Positions 53,269 through 63,819 of a DNA stretch of 64,000 nt are shown here, piece by piece. Under the pieces are notes generated by a model. That model ran no database searches and was not told where the DNA came from. It saw nothing but the letters and a program-made list of their open reading frames with translations. The position numbers and the translations under genes are program-made. The stretch is from an uncultured Methanosarcinaceae archaeon (GTDB lineage: Archaea; Halobacteriota; Methanosarcinia; Methanosarcinales; Methanosarcinaceae). Within the stretch, counting starts at the first letter, position 1. Each line of letters starts with the position of its first letter. The DNA is taken from assembly GCA_963721455.1 (NCBI GenBank), contig CAVRJG010000038.1, positions 86,204-150,203 of the forward strand. The letters are read 5' to 3'.

Positions 53269-54699
53269 ATGGAAAATTACGACCTGATTGTGATAGGCAC
53301 GGGTTCTGCAATGAACTATATAAACTCTATAATCAATTCGAATCCGGAAATAAAAATTGCCATTATCGACAAAGACGAACCAGGCGGGATCTGTCTTACC
53401 AGAGGGTGCATCCCTTCAAAAATCCTGCTCTATCCTGCCGAGCTTATAAGGGAACTGGAAATCGCACCGCTTTTTGGAATCAAGCTTGAAATAAAGGACA
53501 TCGATTTCAATGCGATTATGGAAAGGATGCGCAGGAAAATCGGAGAAGACATAGAAATGATCAGGGAGGGATTGGCCGAAAATCCGTACCTTGACTATTA
53601 TCATGAAAGTGCGGAGTTCGTTTCTCCTTATACCCTCAAAGTAGGCGAAAAGACGCTCTATTCGAAGATGATTTTCCTGTGCACCGGCTCAAGGCCTGCG
53701 GTCCCGCCTGTTAAGGGTCTCGAAGAAGCCGGATACCTTACAAGCGACACGGTGCTTGAACTCACCGAATGCCCGGGACACCTCGCCATCCTCGGAGGGA
53801 GTTACATTGCAGCCGAATACGGGCAATTTTTCTCGGCTATGGGAGCAGAAGTCACGGTTATCGGGAGAAATTCCCAGTTTCTTCCGCAGGAAGAGCCCGA
53901 AATCTCAAAACTTGCCAGGATGAAAATGTCGGAATACATGACGGTCATCACGAACCATGAAGCCGTAGAGGTTAGAAAAGAAGATAACGGGCAGAAGACT
54001 GTCGTTGCAAAGGAAAAAAATACGGGAGAAGAAATAAAGATCACTGTAGACGAAATCCTCGTGGCAACAGGAAGAGTCCCGAATACCGATATTCTCCACC
54101 CCGAAAGAGCCGGAATCAAAACAGATGTGCAGGGCTGGATTCTAGTTAACGAGTATCTTGAAACGTCGCAACCGAATGTCTGGGCTTTTGGGGATGCAAA
54201 CGGAAAATACCTGCTCAAGCATGTCGGGAACTACGAGTCCGGGATAGTTTACCTCAATGCTATCCTGAAAGAAAAAGTGAAGGCAGACTACCATGCCGTA
54301 CCGCATGCAGTCTTTTCTTATCCTGAAATTGCCGGGGCAGGCATGGGGGAACAGGAAGCCGTGGAAAAGTACGGGGAGGATAGAGTGGTCATAGGCCTCA
54401 AATTCTTTGAAGATACTGCAAAGGGAGCAGCCATGGAAATCAAAGATTATTTCGTAAAGGTGATTCTGGATGGGGAGGAAGAGAAAATCCTGGGAGCCCA
54501 TATTATAGGGCCTCATGCCTCAGTCCTGATCCACCAGATAATTCCTCTCATGTATACGGAATCAAGAAGTCCGGAACCGATCATTCGCGGCATGGATATC
54601 CACCCGTCGCTGAGTGAGGTTGTGACCAGGGCTTTTTATTCCAGGCTGTCCCTGGAACACTATCATCATGTCCTGAAGCACATGGGGTTTGAAGATTAA
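53269..54699 (+). CDS. lpdA: Dihydrolipoyl dehydrogenase-family disulfide oxidoreductase
   Basis: IGTGSA, GGICLTRGCIPSK, ATGRVPN, HPSLSE. Confidence 0.88.
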   Translation: MENYDLIVIGTGSAMNYINSIINSNPEIKIAIIDKDEPGGICLTRGCIPSKILLYPAELIRELEIAPLFGIKLEIKDIDFNAIMERMRRKIGEDIEMIREGLAENPYLDYYHESAEFVSPYTLKVGEKTLYSKMIFLCTGSRPAVPPVKGLEEAGYLTSDTVLELTECPGHLAILGGSYIAAEYGQFFSAMGAEVTVIGRNSQFLPQEEPEISKLARMKMSEYMTVITNHEAVEVRKEDNGQKTVVAKEKNTGEEIKITVDEILVATGRVPNTDILHPERAGIKTDVQGWILVNEYLETSQPNVWAFGDANGKYLLKHVGNYESGIVYLNAILKEKVKADYHAVPHAVFSYPEIAGAGMGEQEAVEKYGEDRVVIGLKFFEDTAKGAAMEIKDYFVKVILDGEEEKILGAHIIGPHASVLIHQIIPLMYTESRSPEPIIRGMDIHPSLSEVVTRAFYSRLSLEHYHHVLKHMGFED

Positions 54700-55112
54700 A
54701 AAACTTACACTTATTTTTAACCAGGTCAAAAACTCATCTGCTGATGCCTGGAGCAACATTCCCGCTGCGCCTGTACAGCTCCACCTCAAGCTCCGCAGGA
54801 ACCGAGATTACTGCCACATCCCCTTAACATCCCCTTATTATCAAAACGTTTTGGGGATATAAAGCAGAGGTTCTTCAATTATTCCTCTCATCGCATCCCG
54901 CAAGCTCACTTTCTTTTTAAAACTCATTCAGCATACCTCTGCCTGTCAGGTTACAGGCCTTTCATTTTTCAGATGCTATTTTCGCCTTTTCAAGAATTAG
55001 TTTAATATCTGTTTTTTGGCTTTTGTAGAAAAGGCTAAAAAGTATGGAAAAACATAAGGCTGGGAAGATGCCTGAAAAGGCTATTCTGGAATTACAGGCA
55101 GGGCTATTTCCC

Positions 55113-55520
55113 ATGAAAATTATTATAGAAACTCCAAAATACAGTTTCTGGAAGTATTGCAGGACAGAAAATGGGTATGAAAGAGCTTTCTTTTCTCCTC
55201 TGCCTACAATTTTCAATTACGGCTTCATAGAAGGGACAGAAAGCCCTGACGGCATGGAAGAAGATGTGGTAGTGCTGGGCCCCCGCCTGCCGAAAGGAAG
55301 TACATTTGAAAGAGAAGATTTTGACGGGATAGTAAAATTTCTGGATGATTCTGTCCGGGACGATAAGAAAATCGTATATATCAGCGGATTTCGCTCTCCT
55401 GTCCTGCTCGCTTTTTATTTCAGACTTTATGCCCTTTTTAAAGTCTTCCTTTATGCTCTCCGTGAAGGAAAAATTGCAACATGCAGGTTTGAAGGAATCG
55501 AATTCCAGAAACTACGCTGA
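55113..55520 (+). CDS. Family I inorganic pyrophosphatase-like protein (divergent)
   Basis: IETPK, NYGFI.GT...DG...DVVVL, DD....DDK. Confidence 0.72.
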   Translation: MKIIIETPKYSFWKYCRTENGYERAFFSPLPTIFNYGFIEGTESPDGMEEDVVVLGPRLPKGSTFEREDFDGIVKFLDDSVRDDKKIVYISGFRSPVLLAFYFRLYALFKVFLYALREGKIATCRFEGIEFQKLR

Positions 55521-55775
55521 ATTTTTAGACTCACTCATTTACTCCGTTTCAGGCTCCTCCTCCAGCATGACGATATGTGCACCTGCGACATCTGGATTTT
55601 CGGACTGAATACCTTTCAGGCATCCCTCTTTGTCTTGTAGCTCTTATAGCTCTGTAAAAATAGAATCTAACTAAAGTACATAAAAGATTATAGAGTTTCC
55701 CGATATTTATTTTCCCCAGGACAGCTTAGATAAGTACTAATAATTTAAAGAAGATTAAAAAAGGGTGCTTTAAAT

Positions 55776-56915
55776 ATGCCTTTTCATGTGATGCTGATCC
55801 CTACCCTTGGTTGCCCTGCTAACTGCAGCTATTGCTGGAGTTCCGAAGAAAAGTCCCCGATAATGAGTATCGAGACTATAAAAGAAGTGGTCGAGTGGCT
55901 TAAAATCTTCAGGGGAGATTCTGTTACTTTTACTTTCCATGGTGGGGAACCGCTCCTGGCAGGCGCGGATTTTTATCAGGAAGCACTGCCGCTCCTGGTT
56001 GAGGGCTTGAGCCCCAGGAAAATAGCTTTTGCAATACAGACAAACCTCTGGAAAATGACCCCTGAGATAGCCGAAATTTTTGCCGTGTATAATATTCCCA
56101 TCGGCTCCAGTCTGGACGGGCCCCAGGAGCTTAATGACCTGCAGAGGGGAAAAGGATACTACGAAAAAACCATGAGAGGTTATGAGATTGCCAGGGATCA
56201 TGGGCTTGATGTAAAGTTTATTACCACTTTCACTTCTCACTCGGTAAAGTTTAAAGAAGATATTTTCAATTTTTATCTTGAGAAAGGTTTGACGCTTAAG
56301 CTGCACCCCTGCCTGCCTTCTTTAAAAGGTGACAATCCTGATAAATGGACGCTTGCTCCAGAGGAATACGGAGAACTTTTAATTTATCTTCTGGATAAAT
56401 ACCTGGAAAACCTGGGCAGGATTGATATCATGAATATTGATCAGCTGTGCAAATGCGTATTCACGGGCAGGGGCACGGTCTGCACTTACGTTGACTGCAT
56501 GGGAGATACCTTTGCAGTCGGCCCTGAAGGAAACATATACCCTTGCTACCGTTTTGTAGGCATGCCCGAGTACGTTATGGGAAATGTTTATGACCACCCG
56601 ACCATGGCAGATCTTGCCCAATCCGATGCCTGGAAGCGCATGCATCAATTTAAGGAGTACGTCGACACCGCATGCGGCAAATGTTCCCATATAAAATATT
56701 GCAGAGGCGGGTGCCCTTACAATGCCATTGTGCCCACAAATGGCGAAATAAAGGGTGTAGACCCCCACTGTATTGCCTATAAAATGATATTTGATGAAAT
56801 AACCAGCAGGGTCAACGAGGAAATGTTCGGGTCTTCTGATATGGATATGTTTTTCCCACAAACCATGAAACCTTCGAAGCCTGGAATAATGTCCCTCATG
56901 CTTAAGAAAATATAA
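55776..56915 (+). CDS. Radical SAM/SPASM enzyme of the methanogen putative peptide-modifying type (TIGR04083-like)
   Basis: CPANCSYC, FHGGEP, SLDGP; SPASM Cys set C...C...YPC...CGKC...CRGGCP...HC. Confidence 0.85.
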   Translation: MPFHVMLIPTLGCPANCSYCWSSEEKSPIMSIETIKEVVEWLKIFRGDSVTFTFHGGEPLLAGADFYQEALPLLVEGLSPRKIAFAIQTNLWKMTPEIAEIFAVYNIPIGSSLDGPQELNDLQRGKGYYEKTMRGYEIARDHGLDVKFITTFTSHSVKFKEDIFNFYLEKGLTLKLHPCLPSLKGDNPDKWTLAPEEYGELLIYLLDKYLENLGRIDIMNIDQLCKCVFTGRGTVCTYVDCMGDTFAVGPEGNIYPCYRFVGMPEYVMGNVYDHPTMADLAQSDAWKRMHQFKEYVDTACGKCSHIKYCRGGCPYNAIVPTNGEIKGVDPHCIAYKMIFDEITSRVNEEMFGSSDMDMFFPQTMKPSKPGIMSLMLKKI

Positions 56916-57057
56916 AAAACTGGATAATGGAGATTGAGTTATTGGGGATTACCTTACTCAACCTCCTTGACAAGTCTCAAACCAACCCCAATCCTATCTT
57001 AAGAATTTCTTTTGTTTTGAAGATAATTTATATATATCCACTTTCCAAACTAAGCAC

Positions 57058-57429
57058 ATGGAAGAGGGTAAAATCAAGAATACGATCACAAAAAGTTTCG
57101 AGCTTCAGGATTACAGGATAGAAGGAGCTGAACTTTCCGGCTTCTGGGCGGATTTAACGAGCAAGGAAGAATTGATAGTTGAGGTAAATTACAGCCCTGA
57201 AAATAAAAAAATCTTCAGCCCCGAAGAAACAGGAACTCTTGTCCAAAAAATCTGCAATAAATGCGACAGCTTTGAGGCTCAGCTTCCCAAAAACATAAAA
57301 TGCGAAGTTACCTTCAAAAACTTCGGGGAAAAAATTTACAAAACCAGCCAGCCTGATTTTGAACTGGAACCCGGAGAAATAGGAGAACTTAAGGTTGCTT
57401 ACCGTTTTTACGTTGATTATTATGTTTAA
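57058..57429 (+). CDS. Hypothetical protein
   Basis: 123-aa ORF with a TATA-like element upstream; no recognised motif. Confidence 0.65.
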   Translation: MEEGKIKNTITKSFELQDYRIEGAELSGFWADLTSKEELIVEVNYSPENKKIFSPEETGTLVQKICNKCDSFEAQLPKNIKCEVTFKNFGEKIYKTSQPDFELEPGEIGELKVAYRFYVDYYV

Positions 57430-57492
57430 TCTGTGACAATAAGAGAATTACAGAATAAGCTGCTGAAATAAGTGAAGAAAATTCAAACTTTA

Positions 57493-57578
57493 GAGATCTT
57501 CGATAAACCTCTGATTTCAATAAATGTTATAAATTCATTATATACACCGACTAAACATTTGGGTTTATCGAAAGTCTC
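57493..57578. mobile_element. 86-bp MITE
   Basis: TIR GAGATCTTCGATAAACC / GGTTTATCGAAAGTCTC; TTTA on both flanks. Confidence 0.75.
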
Positions 57579-57611
57579 TTTAATTGGATTTACTTGATAA
57601 AAATTGATCAA

Positions 57612-58165
57612 TTACTCCTTTCTTTTTCTCCCTGCAATGAAAAGCAACCCGAGTATTGCCGCAACTGGTAAGACCATTGTGGGGAATTCAGGAATTTCTG
57701 TACTTCCTCCAGCCCAGGTACTGCCCACCAAAAGATCCTTCTCCTCTTCACCAAATGAGATATGAACAATAATGCTATTTCCATCATCATTTTTTGGAAG
57801 ATTACTAAATTCATCTTGTAACGTAAGTACAATAGGCCCTCTTGTTTTCACGCTATTGCCTTTTGTACACAGAGTAGAAAAATCTCCAAATCCAGCTCTG
57901 TTAAATGCACCCTCACTAAAACTCCAGGTACTTCCTGCACCACTATTGTCAGTCACCTGTGCGACAGAATTGTCAGAAGGATTGACAATCCCGATATCTT
58001 TTACATCTACGTTTGAGGTACCGTCAAGAGCTGAACTGACATCCTGAACAGTTATCGTATTCCCATCATAAGTCACTTTAATTTTAATCAAACCATCGTA
58101 TGCATGATCATTTACCTCAGTTAAATAAAACGTCGTCGCTGCACTCGCAGAGCTTACCGTAACTA
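57612..58165 (-). pseudogene. PEF-CTERM surface protein, 5'-truncated by IS630
   Basis: C-terminal EIPEFPT-TM-RKRKE; the frame extends to a signal-peptide end LVTVSSASA at the IS boundary and lacks its native start. Confidence 0.82.
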
Positions 58166-59487
58166 GTGTCGAGTCAACAATAAAATGTCGTAAATTTTAT
58201 ATTGTATATTGTTCATAATGAATCCTGGAGGATTACTTATGAATAGATACACTGTGACACTTACCAAAGATGAACGTGAAGCTCTTTGTGAACTTACCTC
58301 AAAGGGCAAACATAGCTCACAAAAAATCCTCAATGCTCTGATCTTACTTAATTGTGATAAAAGTGAATGGAATGTTAACCATTCAACCAATGAAGAAATC
58401 TCACGTATCCTGAATATTAGTATGAAAAAAATTGACCGTGTTAAGAAACGATTTGTTGAAGAAGGTCTTGAAGTTGCTCTCAACGGGGAAAAAAGAGATC
58501 GTATTTATGCTAAAAAAGTTGATGGTGATTTTGAAGCCCATTTAGTTGCATTGAGTTGCAGTGAACCCCCTGAAGGTTTTGCAAGGTGGTCTTTGAGATT
58601 GTTGGCTGATCAGGCTGTAGAGCTTGGCTATATCGAGAATATATCTCATGAAACAGTTCGCCGTACTTTAAAAAAACGAAGTCAAACCCTGGAAAAGGAA
58701 AGGATGGGTAATTCCCCCAGAACAAAACAGTAGCTTTGTTGCAAATATGGAAATGGTTCTGGATGTTTATAAGCGTCCATTTGATCCACGAAATCCTGTT
58801 ATATGTATGGATGAATCCCCAAAACAACTGATTGCAGAAACCAGGGTTCCTGTCCCCTGTTCACCTGGAAAACCAGCCAGGTATGATTACGAATACAAAC
58901 GTTGTGGAATGTGCAATATATTCCTTGCCTGTGAACCATTGGCAGGAAAACGAATGGTGAAAATTACTGAAAGAAAAACCAAGCGAGATTGGGCTTGGTT
59001 TCTGGAAGAAATTGCACTTCAACAGGAAAATTCAGATAAAATTACGCTGGTAATGGACAATCTAAACACGCATATTCCAGGATCTCTCTATGAAATATTT
59101 CCACCAGAAAAGGCGAAGGCTCTATGGGACAGGTGAAAATTCAGATAAAATTACGCTGGTAATGGACAATCTAAACACGCATATTCCAGGATCTCTCTAT
59201 GAAATATTTCCACCAGAAAAGGCGAAGGCTCTATGGGACAGGTTTGAGTTTGTGTACACACCAAAACATGGAAGCTGGTTGAATATGGCAGAGATTGAAT
59301 TGAATGTACTTACAGGTCAATGTTTAAAAAGGAGAATGGATAACATCGAGGCTGTTAGGAAAGAAGTATTAGCCTGGCAAAAGTTCAGAAACAACAAAAA
59401 TGCAAAGGTTAATTGGCAATTCACAACAGAAGATGCAAGGATAAAATTATCACGTCTTTATCCGACACTTGAAGATTGACGCGACAC
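58166..59487 (+). mobile_element. IS630-family insertion sequence
   Basis: Ends (CTA)GTGTCGAGTCAA / TTGACGCGACAC(TAG), TA on both sides. Confidence 0.92.
58239..59479 (+). pseudogene. IS630 transposase (orfA/orfB joined by -1 frameshift), disrupted by a 109-bp tandem duplication
   Basis: HTH orfA, slippery TTTAAAAAAAC 58667-58677, CMDE / MDN / WLNMAEIE DDE motifs; 59026-59134 repeated at 59135-59243, creating TGA 59134-59136. Confidence 0.88.
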
Positions 59488-59918
59488 TAGTGATTTATCG
59501 TTTTATTCCGTCCTTAAAACTACAATTTTCTCTGCTAACTACCTGAATAAGCTGCAATAATCTTGAGAAACAAATTCTTTGGCAGGAATGCCAAAGAATC
59601 ATTTTACTCATGTGATTTTTTTAACGTATTTTTGGACTAAAATCTATACGCTCCGCTACTTTATCAAGTAATGCTTCTCTCAAAATAACTCACTACAGCT
59701 TAAATGGAGTAAATAATCTGAACAACTCCAGAAGTGACTTTTCTGGTTTCTTAAGCATATCTGATCTTTTCATTTCAGCAAGTTTTATCTGATTTTCAAT
59801 TCCCTTATTGGTTCTGAACTGCTTCTTGCAATCAGTTTTTAGACTTTTGATACTTTTTATTATTTTCGGAGTTTTTGATTGATTGCAGTCAATTGCTAGT
59901 GAAATTAATGATAAATTT

Positions 59919-60094
59919 GTATCCTCTTCAAATTGTATGGGTAAAAGTAAATTTCACATATTTGCTGAAAAATTAATAATTTAACTATGTTTAAAAAACA
60001 GCATCTTGAGATGCATTCAACTTTAGAACTGTATGACAGAATTATTTCATATTTTTCTGGTTGGAAAATTCTCCCTTGAATTTGAAGAGGATAC
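59919..60094. mobile_element. 176-bp MITE nested inside another MITE
   Basis: Perfect 16-bp TIR GTATCCTCTTCAAATT; exact 8-bp TSD ATAAATTT at 59911-59918 and 60095-60102. Confidence 0.92.
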
Positions 60095-60446
60095 ATAAAT
60101 TTTGACAATCCCAGAAAACATTAAAAAGTTTTTTATACATCGAATGCGTAAGTCCTGTGGGATAAAATATTATCTTTAAGGTCAATGTGTACCTGAATTG
60201 CTGAAAAAAATTTAGATATGAATTTTAAAGTTTAACATTGCTATTATCCAATTGTATAAATGGTTTGAATTTTAAGAAAGCCTCTAAGGCACTAGTTGGT
60301 TTATGCAACCCTTTATAAAAATATATCATTCTTCAAAGTTTAGGGTATGGCTATGGAGAAAATAATTGCAGTAATGGCAATTAAGTATATGGATATATAA
60401 AATGTGTCGCGGAGAAAAGACTCCGGGTTTTATGCTGAGGTTTTTC

Positions 60447-61526
60447 ATGAAAATTGCTTTGTTTACGCTGATTAATAGGGGGGGAATGACTCATTATACA
60501 TCACAGTTTGCAAATTCGTTATCCAATTATGCAAATGTACATGTGGTTATTGGAAGTCAAGTAGACAAAAATCTGTTTAATGAAAATATATCGCTCCATT
60601 TAATAAAAATAGATCCGATCAGAAGTTTGAAGAGATATTTTTTGGATTTAAAAAATATAATTAATGTTTTGGATGAAATAAACCCAGACATTATTCACAT
60701 TTCCGGGAATTCTTACTGGATTTTTGGATTATACTTTTACTTGAAAAAAAGAAATGTTGTTTTAACGGTGCATGATGTTGATGTACATAGAGGTGAAAAA
60801 TACTACCTAGTTAATATACTGACAAATAAGGTACATTTAAATTTGGCAAGACACTATTTTGTTCATGGTGAGAAACTTAAAGATTTGATGATAACGAAAG
60901 GTTATTCTGAAAAAGATGTTTCTATAATAAAACATGGAGATTATTCATTTTTTACAAAATATATTCAAGATGGTGTTCAAGAAGACGGGTCGGTTTTATT
61001 CTTTGGACGTATCTTGGACTATAAAGGTCTTGAATATTTAATAGAAGCCGTACCTATAATTAAAAAACAACTACCTAATATTAATGTTATTATTGCTGGA
61101 AATGGAGATTTTGCTAAATATAATTCTTTGATTAAGTCTCCAGAAAATTTTGAAATCATTAATGAATTTATACCGGATGAGCGTGTCGCAGAACTGTTTC
61201 AACGGGCAAGTGTGGTTGTTTTACCATATATTGAAGGTTCTCAAACCGGAATAATACCTATAGCGTCTTCTTTCAAAAAGCCTGCAATTTCAACAAATGT
61301 AGGCAGTATACCAGAAATTATAGAAGATGGAGTTACAGGTTATATAGTACCACCTAAGAACGCTGATTTGCTGGCAGATTCTATTATTAAAATATTGAAA
61401 GATGCTACTTTAAGGAAACAAATGGGTGAAAAAGCGTATGAAAAGATGGAAAAAGAATTATCCTGGGACACGATTGCAAAAAATATAGTTCCAATTTATA
61501 AAAATCTTTTAGAGAGGGGGTTCTAA
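60447..61526 (+). CDS. Glycosyltransferase family 4 (GT-B)
   Basis: TVHDV, FFGRILDYKG, PYIEGSQTG, TNVGSIPE; GAGG RBS before ATG 60447. Confidence 0.92.
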   Translation: MKIALFTLINRGGMTHYTSQFANSLSNYANVHVVIGSQVDKNLFNENISLHLIKIDPIRSLKRYFLDLKNIINVLDEINPDIIHISGNSYWIFGLYFYLKKRNVVLTVHDVDVHRGEKYYLVNILTNKVHLNLARHYFVHGEKLKDLMITKGYSEKDVSIIKHGDYSFFTKYIQDGVQEDGSVLFFGRILDYKGLEYLIEAVPIIKKQLPNINVIIAGNGDFAKYNSLIKSPENFEIINEFIPDERVAELFQRASVVVLPYIEGSQTGIIPIASSFKKPAISTNVGSIPEIIEDGVTGYIVPPKNADLLADSIIKILKDATLRKQMGEKAYEKMEKELSWDTIAKNIVPIYKNLLERGF

Positions 61527-61527
61527 A

Positions 61528-63819
61528 ATAAAGATAATCAGTCCACTTCGAATAAACGATTGGCCAATTAAAAAATTCCTTATTATTATAATTTCGCTAC
61601 AACTTTTTGTATTGGGAGCAATCGGCTTAGATTATACTGGACTCAATATTCCACTAATAAGACCTGTAGCTTGCTTTTTTTATTTGTCATTCGTTCCTGG
61701 CATTCTTGTTATGAGATTACTTAAAATACATAGACTTGATACTATTGAATCTCTATTATATTCTGTTGGCTTAAGTATTTCGATTTTAATGTTTGTAGGA
61801 TTCATTATTAACTACTTGTATCCAATTATTGGTATTTCTAAGCCGATGGCAATTGCACCTTTAGTATTTTCAATAACTTCTTTGGTGCTGGCACTATGTG
61901 TTCTTTGCTACATTAAAGATAACAGTTATTCATATATCGAATATTTAGAATCAAAAAATGTATTTTCTGTTCTGTCGTTGTTTATTTGTTTACTTCCATT
62001 ATTATCGATTTTAGGAACATATTTCGTAAATTTTTATCACGATAATTTTCTCCTTATGTGGCTGATGATTCTGATTTCATTTATTGTCTTTCTGATAGGA
62101 TGGAGTAATACTATTCCAGAAAAATTGAATCCGTTTGCTATTTTTTCGATCTCATTATCACTATTATTTCACAGCTCCCTGATCTCGATGTATATCAATG
62201 GCTGGGACATAAACATAGAATATTATTTTTCGAATCTTGTGAAACTGAATTCTGTCTGGGATTCAAATATATATGGTACCTGTAATGCAATGTTGAGTCT
62301 AGTTATGTTAGCTCCAATATATTCTACACTTATGAATACAGGGCTTACATGGATTTTTAAGATCGTGTATAATATTTTATATGCGTTAGTTCCAGTTTGT
62401 TTATATGTGATAATTAAAAAACAATTTAATGAAAAGATAGGATTTTTTGCTTGTTTCTTCTTCGTGTGTGTATTTACATTTTATTCAGAAATGACTTCTC
62501 TTATGAGACAGGAAATTGCTGAATTCTTTTTAATGTTAGTAGTTTTATTAATGACTAGTAATAAAGAAATGTCAGGTGTTAATAAATCCATCTTAATAGT
62601 AATATTTAGTGTATCATTAGTTGTTTCTCACTATTCCTTATCTTATCTATATATGGGCTTATTGGTATCAGTATATTTTATTCAACTATTCTTTAACAAT
62701 CAGAATGTAAGGAAATTACTCAATAGAGTTGTAACTTTTGAAAACTTTTGCCCAATTGAGAAAACAAATTTATCTAACCAATTTAAAACGCCGGAAATCC
62801 ATTTAAATTATATTGTACTATTTTTTGTTACTGCATCATCTTGGTATATTTATATTTCATCTTCATCAGCATTTATTTCGATTGTTTTGCTGATAAATAA
62901 TATTGCAAATCATTTTTTCTCGGAGTTTTTGAATCCTACTGCACTCCAAAGTTTACAACTATTGAAGGGAAGTTCCCCCTCAATTTCTCATGCGATTGTA
63001 AAATATTTACATTTAACTACTATATTTTTCATTACTATAGGAATACTAAGTGGATTTTCAAAAACTAATTACTTTAGTCGAAATAATTTTAAATTAAAGC
63101 CTCAATATTTTGTTTTTGCTTTAGCCAGTTTCGATGTTTTAATTGCTGGATTTCTTGTTCCTTATTTTGCAAGCGCTTTAAACACAACTAGATTATATCA
63201 TTTTTGTCTGATGTTTGTATCTTTATTCGGAATAATTGGCGGAAAAGTATTTTTTGACTTTTTCTTCACTAAATTTAATATCTTAAACTCTCGCAAAATT
63301 AATTCTTATAGATTGTTATCAGTTTTTTTTATAATCTTTTTTCTTTTGAACACTGGATGGATTTATGAAGTTACAAATGATTATTCTACCTCAATTTCAT
63401 TGAGTCAAAAATGGATTAAAGAAAATGGAGACGACCAGGTAAAAGTGGGTTTTTTTAGTACGGTTATTCCAGAACAGGATGTGTATAGCGCAACGTGGTT
63501 AAATAAATATATTAACAACCATTATAACAGTAGTGATTATAATAATGATAGTTATCCAATATATTCAGATCATTCAAGTAGCTTTAATGTATTAGCTTCA
63601 TATGGAATGTTCGGTAAATCCAACTCTTTTTTAAAAGATGAGATGTATGGATTTAAAGATAATTCGTATGTATATTTAAGTTATTGTAATATAGTTGAGA
63701 ATCTCGGAAATGGTCCCTATGAGTATACTGATGTTTTGAATCTGACAAAGACATTTGAATTACTAAAGAACAAAAATTTGATATATTCTAGTGAGGACAG
63801 CAAGATATATAAAACGTAA
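61528..63819 (+). CDS. Large polytopic membrane protein, DUF2206-like (possible GT-C/glycan assembly); start uncertain
   Basis: Many TM segments; GWDINIEYY, RQEIAE, SHYS, RLYH; the frame is open back to ATA 61528 after a GAGGGGG RBS (track start TTG 61612). Confidence 0.78.
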   Translation: MKIISPLRINDWPIKKFLIIIISLQLFVLGAIGLDYTGLNIPLIRPVACFFYLSFVPGILVMRLLKIHRLDTIESLLYSVGLSISILMFVGFIINYLYPIIGISKPMAIAPLVFSITSLVLALCVLCYIKDNSYSYIEYLESKNVFSVLSLFICLLPLLSILGTYFVNFYHDNFLLMWLMILISFIVFLIGWSNTIPEKLNPFAIFSISLSLLFHSSLISMYINGWDINIEYYFSNLVKLNSVWDSNIYGTCNAMLSLVMLAPIYSTLMNTGLTWIFKIVYNILYALVPVCLYVIIKKQFNEKIGFFACFFFVCVFTFYSEMTSLMRQEIAEFFLMLVVLLMTSNKEMSGVNKSILIVIFSVSLVVSHYSLSYLYMGLLVSVYFIQLFFNNQNVRKLLNRVVTFENFCPIEKTNLSNQFKTPEIHLNYIVLFFVTASSWYIYISSSSAFISIVLLINNIANHFFSEFLNPTALQSLQLLKGSSPSISHAIVKYLHLTTIFFITIGILSGFSKTNYFSRNNFKLKPQYFVFALASFDVLIAGFLVPYFASALNTTRLYHFCLMFVSLFGIIGGKVFFDFFFTKFNILNSRKINSYRLLSVFFIIFFLLNTGWIYEVTNDYSTSISLSQKWIKENGDDQVKVGFFSTVIPEQDVYSATWLNKYINNHYNSSDYNNDSYPIYSDHSSSFNVLASYGMFGKSNSFLKDEMYGFKDNSYVYLSYCNIVENLGNGPYEYTDVLNLTKTFELLKNKNLIYSSEDSKIYKT

